Shown here: positions 36,401 to 51,400 of the stretch, in pieces | How positions within the stretch are numbered: the stretch's first letter is position 1 | How the letters are laid out: the number at the start of each line of letters is the position of its first letter | Source: Tubiluchus corallicola | Taxonomy: Eukaryota; Animalia; Priapulida | Reading direction: 5' to 3' | Assembly: GCA_030141605.1 (NCBI GenBank) | Contig: JAQGDQ010000014.1 | Location: 806,001 to 870,000 of the forward strand | Length of the DNA stretch: 64,000 nt | Translations under genes and position numbers: made by a program | The notes under the pieces: generated by a model | Told to the model about the DNA's origin: nothing | Seen by the model: the letters and a program-made list of their open reading frames with translations, nothing else | Databases searched by the model: none

Positions 36401-39400
36401 AGGCATTTGCTGAAGAAAGCCAGGAATTAAGATCGTACTAGAAACACGGAATAGGTTAAAAAGCTTCTTTTCAATTCGATTCATCCTTGTGGGCAAGGTG
36501 GTGTCCAAGCACAATATTGAATGTGTCTTCTGGTTTTGCTACTCCCTACAGGCTTAATGTCAAGAAGACGACCTAGTCAGTTAGACCGCCCACGGTCGGC
36601 CAAGCACAAGGTTGAGTATTCCCTGTCAGTACTCCCAAGGCTTCGCCAAAGAAATGATGTTCAGGTCTTGACCACGTTTTCCTGTAGTCTATTGTATTCA
36701 CGTGTCTGAAATAAATGACTTAATGTACATCTATTTTATGATTTATTTGTGCAGCAAAAGAATGTGTAAGTCTGATATTTTGAGACTTGAATGTGTAAAC
36801 GTTGTTAATAGCCAAAATGCAAAAGCATAGCGTTAGCATATTCCTTAGAGAAGTGCTGAGCTTAAACCACAACCTTACGTGTTTATTGTAAGACATTAGG
36901 GCCCTTGAGGCAAATTGAAAGCTGTAAATTAGCAGCTGAACTGGGAAAAGTTCGACATGAGTATGTACTATCTATATTACATGTAGAACTGTAACACGCT
37001 TTCACAAACAATTGCATGCTGATGACGCAGACATCAAATATCGCAGGCATTAGGTTACTTTGTTCATTCTGTCTCCGTAACAAAGGTCACGTTACGCATG
37101 TTTGTCTGAGGCCTTCAGAGGCACAAAAAGCTCGTTATGCATGGCTTCCTAGCACTGCGGCCAATCAATAAGCAGACTTCTAAAAATAGACCGTCCTTCA
37201 CGGCGACAGTTATTGTTAGATCAGGGAATTTGCTCGTCCTAGAAAGACAGGTCGTCTGAAGCCCAGATACGTGTAATCGAGAAGCATTTCGCTGGCAATA
37301 AGTAGGAGAAAGTCATTAGAGTAGTTGGTTATCTGCATATATTTATGTCATTCAAATTTTGGCTGAAGGGTGTACGTTAGCATACTCCCGTACTGCGTTA
37401 GTCCAGTGCTTCCAGGACGAGGAGTCGACTTTTAAACTAAAACTGACCGCAAAACAACAAAGTAATTGGATGACCTAATCGTTTAAAATTTATCATTTAG
37501 TTAATAATTAAAATCATTTTTTAAATTTTGATTGCACTGCATAAGCTTCGAAGTTCTTGTCATTTCTTAGTTCTAATGTACTGATATATAATTATTCTAA
37601 TTTAAAGTTAAATTATTACATTATTAAATAATGAAAAGCATAAAATAAAAACTGACAATTTTTTTTTATTTATCTGTCAGATTGCGTTAGTGTTTTTAAT
37701 AGTACATTAACGGAGGTTTTTCCCAACACCGTAAAATTATTAAGACGTTTATAAATGAATCCCAGAAGTCTGTACTTGCTCGCAATTAATGTCTTTCCAA
37801 ACTATGTGTTATTATTAAGTGCTGTAATCTTAAGTGCTTGTCTTTTATTGTTGTTGCTGCATGGTATTTTAAAACTTTAATAGAAAATTTAATAACAGCA
37901 GACGTGCACAGAATTAATGAGAGCCAGTGGATTGCTATTATTGCACACATGCTGCAAAAAGTTGTATAGTATACTTATATAACATTATGTAACATTGTTC
38001 AAAGGCAAGATTAGGTATATAGCAGTACAATTTGTTATAATTTGGCTATCATATAGGTATTTTTGGAATGGGTCGTTACACAAATTAGGAGGTAATTATT
38101 AAAATCATAGGTTTTTTTTGGTGTAGTGGCATGTGTTGCTGACATGCTAATTTAATTTAGAGATTAAATGATATATAAAAGATAATTTCATTACAGATAG
38201 AAATAATATACTTGTACCATAGTTCTTACATTGAGAAAAAAATTGAAAGTTAGATTATATTAGATTTAGATTACATTTTATTAAAATCTAAGTGGCTGTC
38301 AGTTTATATATATCAAGTTATAATTGGTCGTATCTTGCCTTCTGGTCTGCTTTCATAGGAGGGCCAGCGTTTGTATTTTGGTTAGCGAATTCAGTTATTT
38401 GATATCCTCCCATATTGCATATTGTCTCCTACATGAATGTAAAGTACAAGAATACTAGTCAATATTTGAACTTCTAATTTATGTAGAAATAAAATTTTTG
38501 TATACGTGTTTAGGTTTTACGTCAAGGAATCCATTGATGTGATCATGGTTTTTAGTACATGGGCTTTTGCTGCTTTCTCGAGCTTAGTATCATTGTCATA
38601 ACGGTTATTAGATTCAAAACTCTAATTTGTGTTAGGTTTGTGCTTGGTTCAAGACTCATGAAGCAATGTATTTTTGGTTTCCAAAATTTTAATGGCATTT
38701 CTTAAATGGTATCTTGTATGATTGGTTATTGGTAATTGATTAGTTGTAGACTTTCGTGTGTGCATGTAAAAAAGTAATATGTAAAGTTTCCATTCCAGTA
38801 AAAAAAGTCCAATCAAAAAAATTACTTGTTAGTTGTTATCTAACTTATAGTGAAATATATTAATGTAGATTAAAATTGAAATATATGTTATTCAGCAAAT
38901 TTTGTCCAATACATTTACCATTCAGGAGTTACTGAAACAAGAAGAACAACACATAAAAAGAATTTCCCCTAAAGAATGGATCTGAACTATCGATTTACCT
39001 TTAAAAGAATTCTAGCTTATAGAATAGAAGTCTTAGAAGACACTGACGCCTATAATTGAAGGCACAGTTCCATGTTATTGCAACTTCTTGTGAAGAATTA
39101 GGTGGAGTAAAGAGAGTGTCGCATTTAAACCTATTTGGAGTAATATTCAACGTTAAATTGTGTTGTTCCGATCATATTAAAGTTAAAAGCAAAACGGTAG
39201 TCAGCAGACTTTACCTGTTGTTGAGACTGAACAAAATGGGCTTCAGTGTAAAAGAACTAAACATGCTTTTTCATGTATTATATACCTTTGAATTACGGAA
39301 CTGTGTGACAATGGATGATTTTAAGTTGATACAAAATATGTGGAATAGAGCGGAAAGGGGAAAATGAAAAGGTCGGATGCCGAATCAGTCATTATTATTG

Positions 39401-42400
39401 GAAAAAGGTGCTAAATTGCGCAGTAAAGTAGGCGAGTCGATCTCGAGTAAACCATTTCACAATTTCCTGCCACTAAAAACAAAAACGGAGTTCTTAGGCT
39501 CTGGAAATACATGTTTGCTAGAGCTAAATTGAAAACAAAAAGAGCAGCTAATACTTTTCTAAATAGATGTATTTTTAATATAGATTATCATTAATATTTT
39601 ATCTTTACTGTTCCCTATTGATTTCAAATTTATTTATACTAAAATTTTGCTCTGTTTTACGCATCTTTTAATATCCAAAGATTTCTCTTAATTAAAGTTT
39701 TTACTTGATGTATTGTAAGTTAATAGCAGCTGTATTTTAAATTGAAACATTGTAAATCAGCTTGTTTAAATATTGTTTTCAATTTAAAGACAAGTTGTTG
39801 TCTTTATTACTGTAAAGTAGCCATGGATAATGGAAGCATTTTGTGAAAATAACAGAGCTTTGCTTACATTCTTGCTTGCTTGCTTATTTGTACCGTGTAG
39901 ACTTAACTAATCTTGAAATTCTTAATAGTGTTGTCAAAATCGTCCAAATGCTGCGCAGCTTCTGTTAAAATTCTGCTATCTAGCCGTTACAAGATAAAAT
40001 GGAATCGATAACACTGCCAGCATTTGTCAGAAAATTTGTATTCACGCCTACCCTCCGCAACTGCTGGATGATTTTCGATTGGAGTGGGATGGACGGATGA
40101 ATGATGATAGAACGATAGGATAAGCTTGTAATGGATGAGGTGACCGTTTAGACATTTGAGTACGATTAGTTGAAGCTTTGGTGTCGCATGATCATTGATC
40201 AATAATAGCTGTACAGACGTGCGCGATAACACTAGGAAATATAAAAGTTAAATCATTGCTGTAAAATGTACTGTACATGTCGCTGTACATGCTTTGATAC
40301 ATTAGTTTTGTGTCATTTTATAAGCGCACTAGGAGCTCTACAGCTAAATAGCAAAATCAGGCTTAAAAGCGATCACCTGAACTGATTGCTTCTACCTGAG
40401 TATTGATCACCTGCTCACCTGTTCAGTTGCAATATTGATTGACGTCGTGGCTACCAACAGGTAATTACTGACAAAACAGTTACTAAAAGATAACTATGTC
40501 TGTTTCAATATTTAACGAGGCTTTGGCTTTGGTTTTGTTATCTACTATTATGGAAGTCCCTCTGGGAGGAGTCTGTCTACAGGATACAACATGTGGCTTT
40601 CGTAAATACTAAATTAAATATTTGATGGTCTTTGCTTTCAAAAGCAAAGTAATGATTAACATTTTAGCTCTGGTAATGTTTGCAGTTTATTTCTAAGATT
40701 TCTCATTACGAGTTCATATTTTACTGGACGTTGTTATGTACGCAGGCCTGGCCTGGAGGTTTCGTGTAATATATGTGCGTGTAACCTATTGGAGCAGGGC
40801 TTACTAGGATCGGTACCAAATACTAGTAAGTTTTACTTCAGCGGGTGGGAAATCTTTGGGTTAGGTCTGAAACTCTGATGTCACTATGGTTCGAGCTTTT
40901 TGCTGTAAGAGCATGTGGGACTACACGTCATTGAGCTTAGACTCTGTAATTAAAATACTATGCTAAGAGCTTAGTGCACTGTGTTTAGAACTGGTCTACT
41001 CTAAGGCTATAAAGGCTCTCTGATCCGAATCTCAATGTGATAGGAGGTGAGCTGGGCGAGAACTTTTGCTTCCTATTGCAGATACGTGCTTTTCGCCGAG
41101 AAGGTTTATATAAAATCAATTTCTTGGCTTTTTCTAGTTTTGCCAGATCTCATAAATCATGTTCCATTAGAGGTTTGCAGCTAAAATACATTTCTTGTAA
41201 AGAAACAGAACCTTTTTACAAATAGCATGAAGCTGTCTGTCACGCTGGGGTCTGCTGGGGCGAGAGAATAATATCCTTCTAAAGCCTGTATAGTCAGTGA
41301 AATGACAAGCTGTCTTATGATGTATTATTGGCATGTCTTTTTTATTGGTAGCTTTATAGTGCACATTAGCTTACTGAACCGTTATGTTACAGATAACTTT
41401 GTATCTTGGGAATCATTCATATATGGTCATAATCAGGCGACGGTGATACTTAATGTGCAGCGTACTTTAGTATCCTTAGATGCCTTGAAGTAAGCAGTAC
41501 TCTTATTGAGGACTAGGAGGACGAAATATTCTCATCGGGGTGAGATGTGTACTTGAAGTGCTTGGCTTTGAGGTTAAGCAGTGCCTAGGCTGATTAGTGA
41601 ATAGGTGAGTGACCACTAGGAAAACCTCTTCTAGAAGATTTGCTCTGTCTTACTGGTTCGACCTTTTTTGTCGCCTCTTAGGACAGTTTTCTAGTTTGTT
41701 GTCACGTGACTTCAGCTTCAAATTTAGTTCAACACATATGTTTATATTTCTGTGCTTTTCCCCATGACGACTGTGTTATTCTGAAGCTGATCAATAATTC
41801 GTCAATGCTAAATATAGCACCAGTGTTGTCTACTCTAAGAATAGGCAAATATTGTCGGTAACTAAGTTTGTTCAATTTCTTAATACTGGAACTACTGAAG
41901 TTACTGTCTGTGTAATGTAAGAGCGACTGTTTGTAGCCATGCAGACATCTGAGCGATATTTATTGATTACGTCTATTGTTTTCTTCGGTCTAATAGATCT
42001 GCTGCACGTTCTAGTATTACTTCCCTACAGACTTTTCGAGGAAGTTAGAAACATCAACAATTGCCTGGAGCATTGTTCCACTTGTGTGGGAAACATATAT
42101 AACTGTTTTTGATCGGCCAGGCAAAATGCCGCTTTTCGTCTTGGAATTGTCGCAAAATGCTTTCGTCACTAAATTCCCCAAGAAGTTATTTGTTTATCGT
42201 GATAAATGGAAGCGGTGAGCTGCGTAGAACCTTGTCAAATTGTTCACTCTACTATTCATTTCATTATTTATTTATTTATTTATTTATTTATAATACTTCT
42301 ATGAATAGGACTCAAGAGACTTATACGTGCATTAATATCGTTAAATATATTGACAATGTATAGAGAGTATGCGTGATACGTGGATGATACAATATAACGT

Positions 42401-45400
42401 GTAAATAAATTAAAAGTGAAATATGTAGTATTCGTCTGTTTTTCTTCTTCTTTCCTGAAAGAGCCTTTCCTACTTTTATGTCATCTTTACTTCCATTTTG
42501 TGCACTATATATGCAGAAACAATCATGTTAAGTACCGTTTTGTTTGTAAGCAAGTAGTTAATCATGTGCTAATACGCTAGTGTAGCGGTTTTGCTTTGAA
42601 TTTGTTACCCGCTCGCCCACTGTTACCCAAAGAATTTCTGGAAGCTAAACATTTAATCACTTGCACAGCGGTTTCCTTTTGATGCTCTCATTTCACGCTT
42701 TGAGGCTTAAGGAGTTAACAGTCAAAGATGCAGGTACAGTAATCAGCCGGTATTCCTTGTGACTTCATACAGCAAATAAGAGCAATATAAGTAAGCAGAC
42801 GATTCAGAACTGTTTTAGTCATAGTTTTAGTTTTTCTAACCTCTTCTAGAGAAAATGGAGCAGCCGACTTTGAAGGAACTTTTGTAATTTTTGCAAATAA
42901 ACAGACTTAGAAAAGTCTGTGATTTAGAAAAGTATACTTTTTAACGTATTGCTAATTCACTTATATAAATTAATACATAGAATTTTATCGTTTTAGACTT
43001 TAATAAGAAGTGCTTGTTAATAATGGTGTGGTTTTGATGATACTAGATATCAGTTTGGTCGATTGAATCGATGAATTTGTCTCGATCCGATACTTATTTA
43101 AACTAAAGACAACTTAGGTCATAATTATGAGCATGTAGTTTAGATCTGAAGTAATTATTTAAAATGCAGAATGAGCCACATTCTACGTCCCCGGCGTATA
43201 CCATAAAAATAGGAATGGGGCCCATGTTTCAGTTTTTTCGGCGGGGGGGGGGCTTCGGTCTTCCAGAAATTTCAGAAACTAAATATGCCTGCCTGCACTG
43301 TCATTCAGTTGGAATGTAAACCGAACCTAGTTAAAGGGAACAGCCGTTGAATCGGATTAATTAATACAAAGAGCTGTAAGCTGAGCTACAAAGTAATAAC
43401 TAACAAGGTAGAGTAACCTTTACTACCTTCTATTTCTCAACTGACGCTAATAAACTACGTATGCCTACTGCCTAATCAATATTAATAACGACCAGAGTGA
43501 ACATGCACTGCAAGCCAGACCCAAGTCTAAAGCATAGATAGGCTGGAGAATATTGATAGATGACGTTGTTGCGCAAAGTAATGACTGCTAAAGGTCACGT
43601 GTCCTAAGATAAGATAAGGTAATATTTATTTTCATCGGTATGATATAAAACAGTACATATTTGTAAAACATGAGCTTAAAGCTCGTAAACCGATATCAAA
43701 CATAATGTATATGAGCGATAACATGGTAATAATATGTACTTCTTAAAATCTTTTGGATACCACCAGAAGTATTGGTACAAGAAAAAAATTTATAACTACA
43801 TGACACAGTAAAATTTTAGGCAGTAACATTTTCTAAAATTTACACAAAAAGCTATCTAGGTCAATAAAAATTATTCCTGCCAACATATTCAGCATTTAAT
43901 TACGACTTAACAAAATTTGGAAGTTCGCTGAATTTACAAATTGCACATTTACATGATACACCAGTCCATGAGTTAATTAGACGTTTAAATTCCCCAAGAT
44001 TTTCGGCCATTCGGAGACAGTTTGGTAATTCATTCCACAATGTGGCTCCATAATAGGAGAAACTTTTCTTGCCATATGTAACACCATCATATGTAGGGTG
44101 TTCTGCAGTGTTCATTTTTCTGAGGAAGTAGCGGTTTTGCTTTCGTTCCTCTATCAGTCCATAGAGATAGGACGGGCAGTTTTTGGACAAAATCTTGAAT
44201 ACTTCGATAGCAATGAGACGTTGTCTCTGAAGCTGAAGAGACACAAAATTGTCTTTAAACAATAGATTTTCGTAGGTACTTTCGAAATCATTATAAACTA
44301 GACAGAGCGCTCTGAAATTCAAACGCTCTAACTTCTGGCTATTTGATTTACTACAGAAATGCCAGATTACGGGGCAGAAATTAAAATTCGACTTGACAAA
44401 CGAAAGGTAGATGAGTTTTTGACATTCTACCGACAAGTTTCGCCCAATACGGCGTAGAACATTAATTTGTTAAGGTGCTTTTTCTCACAGGGCTGAAATG
44501 TGCGAGTCAAAGTTCAGGCGATTGTCTATATTTACACCAAGAAGTTTCACCTCATCCGTACATTCAATATCCGCTCCTTTAATGTTGAAAGTACGGTAGG
44601 TTTCAGGTCGTGTGTAATTTTGCCCACAGCAGTCCCTTGAAACTTCCCCGGATTTGCTTCCATCTGGTTGGAAGCAAACCAGTCGACCAGTGCGTTACTT
44701 TCAAACTCTAAGGTTTGTTTCATATCATTAAATGATTTACTGGAGTAAGAAACAGTATTATCATCAGCGTAGTTGTACAAGGTGCATTTACTGACAAAAT
44801 GGAAGATATCATTAATAAAACAATTAAAAAGTACAGGTCCAGTTAAAGATCCCCGAGGAACGCCTTTATCCATAGGAAGGGGTGAGCTCTGGACGTTCCC
44901 GATCTGAACAAGTTGTTTTCTGTCAGTAAGGTAGCTTTTGATCAAATTTAGAGCATTTTCTGATAAATTATAGCACCTTAACTTTTCCAACAATAAATTG
45001 TGTGGAAGGCAGTCAAAAGCCTTTGAAAGATCCATCAGGATGGCACCAACATAGTTACTGGCCTCCAGTCCCTTCCTCCACCCTTTGGTTAACCCTAACA
45101 GTGCCGACTGGCAGCTGTATCCACTATGGTAGGCTGACAAGAGTGGGTGAAAGTGTCGGGACATATGGTCGCCAGGCTGGTCCACCATGGCTCTCTCTCA
45201 AACACTTTTGAAGCTATAGGAAGAACACAGACTGGACGGTAGTTTTTCTTGTTCAACGCGTCATCTTTTTTGAACACTGGGGTGACGCGAGCGTGCTTAA
45301 ATTCATCTGGAAAAACTGAACAGTCAAACATCTGATTTACGAGACTAGTTAATTGAGGCAGAAAGGCCTCTTTGACTAGCTTGAGAATTTTTACAGGAAT

Positions 45401-48400
45401 ATTGTCAACGCCAGTTGCCTTTTTGTTACCAATGGCACTGAGGTACTTATTTACTAGATCCTGTGAAACAGGCTTGAAATCAAAATTTTCAGTGTCTTTC
45501 AAGTTTTCTCTAATTTTCAGAACACTTGGATGATTCTGAATCTCGTCCTCTGAAAGTTCTTTACCGATGTCCTTTGCTACTTTAGAGAAATGATCATTGA
45601 GCAAATCACAGACTAACTGGTCAGATACGACAGAATCATTTTCCAGGAGGCAAATATCTTGCCCAGATTTTGAATTTTTACTCAAGATGGTTTGATGGTT
45701 GGCCAAAAGTCCTTTGATTCCGGCCCCCCGGTACACCTTTCAATAAAATAGTTTGTAATGGCCTCCCTTTTCAAGGCAGTGACCTTGTTTCGTTGAAGAC
45801 GATATTTGTTCCAATTTCGTTTAGTTCTTTGTCTTTCCCAAATGCGTTTCAGATTGTTCTTGTAATTTAATTCCTTTCTTAATTTCCCGTTCATGAATGG
45901 TGCCTTTTGCCATTTCAGTTTTCTTTCCTTGACTGGAATGTGCTGATTCACAATATCAGTTACCAACTTGGTGGTCGTCCAGCTTGCATCGTTTATATCA
46001 TCGAATATTGATGCAACAGGGGCAGACATGACTTCATGGACCAGTTCATCCTGATCAAGGTTTTTGTAGCACCTGTATTTGGCTGTTCCATTTGGCTTCG
46101 GTTTCAAGTGAGTTTTCATTACACTGAAAACCTGCTTGTGGACATCACTTAATCCAGTATCACAGACAAGAGTTTTGACAGAAGAGTTTGGTCTGTTGGT
46201 TAATACTAAGTCAATAAGAGATGGTTCAAAACGTTTGGTAAAACAGGTGGGTTCTTTGACTAGATTTGTGAGATCAAAAATATCACAAAGTTCGACAAGG
46301 GGACCACTTTTTTCTGGTCTCAACAGATCGAAGTTAAAGTCCCTGACCAGTGCTATGTTATCGTAGAATGTTAATACTTTGTCAAGAGATTTGGTCATAT
46401 CACTTGTGAAGTTTGTGTCACTAAGAGACGGAGGCTTATACGATCCTACAAGCAACCACTTCTTGTCACCGAGTTGGAGTTCAATATTTACAGCTTCCAC
46501 TTGTTCTGGCTCAGTCTCTTTCCTTCTTCTGGATGGGATGTCTGACCTAACATAGGCCATAACCCCACCCCCATCACGGTTACAATCATTCCTGAACAAT
46601 TGATAGCCATCAACTTTAAACTGGGCATCTAAGAAAGAATCATCTAGCTTGGTCTCACCAATCACCAGTACACCATAGCTAACTCTTTATAAAAAAACAC
46701 GGTTTGAATAAGCCAGCAATAGCCTTAATACAAAGCTGCTTATCAGACTGTCAACAATGTATCAAAATTTGTTCAAATCAAATTCATGCAACCCATCGTC
46801 ACTGCATTTTCTCATAACATTTTGCATGGTTTGTATAAGTCTTTTGCACTTCCACACCAAGGGGAAGAAAAGAGAAAGCCTGACCATATACGAATTATTA
46901 TGAACTATATAGCCACTTACAAACTTTTTATATCAACAGTTCGATTTTGATCACTTTTATCGATGGACGTGTACCAACCACTTATATTAACCAACTATTG
47001 TTTTCTGTATTGTCTTTCATCGATTTAGTCATATGCAAATTATTTATTATTTATATTTTAATTTCATTAATTTTAATCTCATTTATCTTGCATAGTATCT
47101 ATGCATCACTATCATGTTATGGTCAGAATGTACAAGGATGCACTTGTCTTGTCTGCTGGATGTGATAATATCTCACAGATGGGTCCAAGGCTTAAGGGGG
47201 AACGAAATGTAACTGGATGCCATTGCATTTTCTTATAACAATCTCTAGATTCTCATGACAATGGCGTTAATCACATCCTGGTAATCAGCCTCGAACCGTA
47301 CCACAAGCCAAAACTTCAGTGAGGTGCCTGGCACCAACGAGCACGCTTCATTAGTGAATTCTAGTCTGCTTGTATATATACTCATCTTACCTATGGTGAT
47401 ACGTTTACAATAAAAGGTTTCTCTAAAACCATACTGGCTAGTTTTGGGTTGGTGTTCATCATTGTTACATTCAGGCAGTTAAGTGAGGTGTACCGCAGGG
47501 CTCCCTGCTGGACCCTACAATTTTTAATACCTTTATAAGTGATATTAGGGAGCTTGTGTTTTTATTTGTACAGCATGCCGATTTTAAATAAAGATTTATC
47601 ATGTAACACATCATATCAACACCTGATTAAGATGATCATTATCATTATGTTACCTATCTCAGCTACATCAAATTTGTAAGCAAAATTCATTTCTGTTTCT
47701 TTTGTACTAAAGTAATGTTGTGTTACTGTGTGAGTGGGAGTAATCGTCTCACTTAGTCAGCTACACTTTAGAAAACCTCGTGGGGAGAGTTTTGACGGTA
47801 TTTTGTCTGTACTTTTAGAATTAAATCAAAAATATTTTTCTTGTTTTCCTGAGCCAATAGGTTTGCATTTTACGACTTTCAAGCTATGCATTTTAATATG
47901 AACTTCATGTTTATTGTGTTTATGGTATCACTAGGCATTCTATAAAAAGGTCAGATTTACCAGTGTCATCCTTTAACAGTTTTAATAATTTTGTTTAGGA
48001 CATAATCCAGGGATGACACCTTAAGTAACTCAATACTTATTTGTAAGTGGTCTCGATTATTATTACCCGCATGTTACTTCGATTAACCCGGAGGCTTGGT
48101 CAAAGAACCAGCGGAACCATTTTTAAGTCTTTGATGTGACTCAGTCAGTGGACTAAAATATGACAACACTATGCAAGAATATTCTTGTACACCCTGTCCA
48201 ACTTCAATACATATAGTATTTTTATTATAGTACACCTTGTATGGTTTCATTTTTCAGGTGCTGGTTTTTCTTTCATTCACCAGATGGATGGGAGCATACC
48301 CAGTGGAACGCTCGACGGTCCAGTCGTCGTCACACAGGAATTGAGGATCCAAACGGAGAGCCCTCCTCTCAGTGGTGCAGAATCAACTGGTAGTGGAGCT

Positions 48401-51400
48401 CATCACCCACGTTCTAAGCCTGGATCAAGTCCATCCAGTAAGTTGCTTTTGTTCTTGTACATTTTGGCTGTCAAGGCTCTTGAAAAACTCTGCCCCAAAT
48501 AATCTTACTAATGTGGACTGAATTGGATAATTGGGATTGAGTTTAACTGATTATTGCTAATGTGGGCCAGTCCAAATTAGGACATCGAGAAAGCCAATTA
48601 TGTCAGACGTCTGATACCTAGTGAACTAGTTGCTTGGGTTTGAAAAATCTTTGTATGTTCCAAAATTAAGATAGGACATTCCTTGCCACAAGATAAATCA
48701 ACATCACTTATAGAAAAATTTTCCCGTGTTTAAAGAACAGTGATATTTACAGCAGTTTAACTGACTGGAGGCACGTTCTAAATTGTAGTAAAGCATGACT
48801 CCAGTAATTCTAAATATTCCCTCTGCCATGTAACTGGTGGTGCTTTCATTAATTGCTTTCGCTTAATTTTTACAAGAATTAATCCGTAACACAAAATGCT
48901 TCTTATTACAAAACCGATTAACTTTTAAAAAATACCGCTGTATGCTGTGTTTGTTTATAGATTTTGGTTCTTCTTACTAGCTCTTGTCTCTTTAATGGCA
49001 ATCGTAGTCTCAAGTGACCAACAATGCTGACATACAAATCAGTAAGATCTACATTAATCCCATTTTTAAGTTTGTTCTGGACACTCTCATAGACCAGCTG
49101 CATTTAGTTCACGTGATTAAGTTTATTTCCTTACACATGAACTGATCATTACTAAAATTTTCAGTAAAAGTCTATTTGAAACGGCTAGTTGCAACATTTT
49201 GTTTATTGCTGTTAGCTGAAATTATGTTTTGTTTACATACTTTATTGACAAAGCTAATCACGGAGAAATTAAGATGAAATTATGAAGAACTTGATGCTGC
49301 TACAATTATTTTTATGGGGTTTTACATGGTGGAATGAACACACAATTATCAAATTTTTAAAATCACAAAGTAGACTAAAAACGGAAGAAAAGTGGAAAAA
49401 GTTGAGTATAAGCTGGAATTTAAGCCAGTGACCATACAATTTCAAGGTCTGTTACCCTAGACTACACAGCCCTTGTGATGAAGGCAGGTCATAAGTGAAT
49501 CCTAATAGCTCATAATTAATTCAGCGTTTCCTGTGATTGTTTACTAACTAATTAATTTGTTATTAAGAGCCTGTCAATAACTAATTATGATTGCTTGCAA
49601 TTCATGATGTACTTCTTCTGCAATCATTTTATTTTAAAGCAAAAGAAGCTGTAGAGAAAGAGATGTGAAGAAGTCAGAAATGAGATGTTTATTCATCCAA
49701 ATGTGGCTAAGACACTTCTGCCGTTTCAGTGCCTCATAACAGAACATGTATTATGCTTTACAATGAATTGGGTCTGGTCCTACCACAAATTCGTAAATAG
49801 GCTCTGCCCTTGATGGCTACGCAACTTCTGCTAATTCACTATCTCACATCGGAAGTTGGTTTATGCTTCATAACGAGGTTCTGGTCCTGTCACAATCATT
49901 AACTTAGTAAATAGTTTTCCCCTTGAATAATGATTCCAGTTTGCAGTGTACTGATTGAACAGTATAAAAAATAGAAAGAGCATAATAGTTATTGCTTTAA
50001 ATTTTGATTTTAGTACTTCCATAAAAAATTCTTATTACTAATTAGTCTAATTATTATCATATCACAAAATCTGGAACGTTTCTCATGTAACGCTTGAAAT
50101 ATTAAATGGCCAGACTGGCGGTACTAATTACACGTGTGAATCAGCCCTAAGCGGATGTGAATTCAATGCAAAATTCATTGCCCTGTTAATAGATTATAGC
50201 TATTACAGACGTAAGTGCATTGTTGTTCCGCTCTGCACATGTTTGAATAATAATCAGGTGCAACTTATGCTTAACTGATGTCATTGTCTGAATGATTCAG
50301 GTGGGCGTGGGGCTCCCGAGGATTTGGGTCTTCGTTAATGTTTTAGATTCGTGGTAGCAAGTCTGAATAAAAAATTTTTACTGATTTTTTTAAAAATACT
50401 GATTTTTTTAAAAATATAAATAAATTCTGGCGAGCCCTAGTTTTCATTTAGCTCGGGACTGTTCTTTAAGAATAACATTTCTCAGACTGTCAAAGCGTTT
50501 TCCAAACTAGATAGGAATATCAGAGTTACACTGGCATTTATTCAAACAAGTATTTCTATAAATAACACCACTCATGTTGTATACATTTATATCATAAATT
50601 CGTAAAAACAAGTAACACTCATCCATTGATAAAAAAGGAGAAACATTGTAAGCTGGAGCGCCTCTTTAAAATGGCTTCTGGTTTAAGCTTTTCGATTGTT
50701 AAGAATCGGTTTTGGACTTGCGGTTTAAGTTTTTCAATTATTAAGACCCGGTTTCAATTGCACGTTGCAAATTTACAGACAGCATTGAAATTGCATGCGG
50801 ATTGGCTTAGGCGTAGTAGGTTTGGCGTTAGTGTGGAGTGCGTTCTGTACAGTAACATCATACATCAGAATGCAGTCATCGCAGTTACTAACATGTGCAT
50901 ATGCTCTAAGCCATTAAGACTTTTTCTTTTATGTACAAAGTTTCGAAGGCGCCTGTACGAAAAACTCAGGAAGTAACGAGCGTACTTCACTTTTGTGCCA
51001 TGCAACAAAAAGGGCGAAATAAACTTAAAAAAATAATTCATGAAACTATTTTTTGTATATACATGTATTGTTCAATTAAACCCGATAATGATCTGTTATT
51101 CACTAGAATGGTTAGACGTGCTTGCTGTGTTTGGCCCGTGAGGCCCGTTGGGCAGGAATCTTTTGGAGCCCCACACAAGTGAATTCGCTGACTACTGTTG
51201 TACCTCCCATCACATTAATGGCACTGGAATACGCATTATCGCATTCCAAGTTGGAGTTTTCCTCTTGAAGTTAGAGTTTAAATAGCTAATATTATACTAT
51301 GAGAGAAATATCTTATCTCATAATTTACTTGATATCTGTTTGTCGATAAACGTTGATTTTGTTTTGGATTTAGTCCAGTAGCATACAGATAAATCGACAA

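Noticed and set aside
41701-41710. Perfect CLEAR/TFEB palindrome GTCACGTGAC
   Set aside because: Single site deep in a MAP7 intron, more than 30 kb from the SLC38A9 start; function cannot be supported from sequence.
49410-49472. tRNA gene candidate on the minus strand
   Set aside because: Only degenerate A/B-box-like sequence and no cloverleaf; at most an old SINE head.
50760-50980. Possible internal promoter or alternative first exon of MAP7
   Set aside because: An ATTGG box and some CpGs are present, but no ATG-initiated frame reaches the donor-like site in the phase 1 needed by exon 52982.
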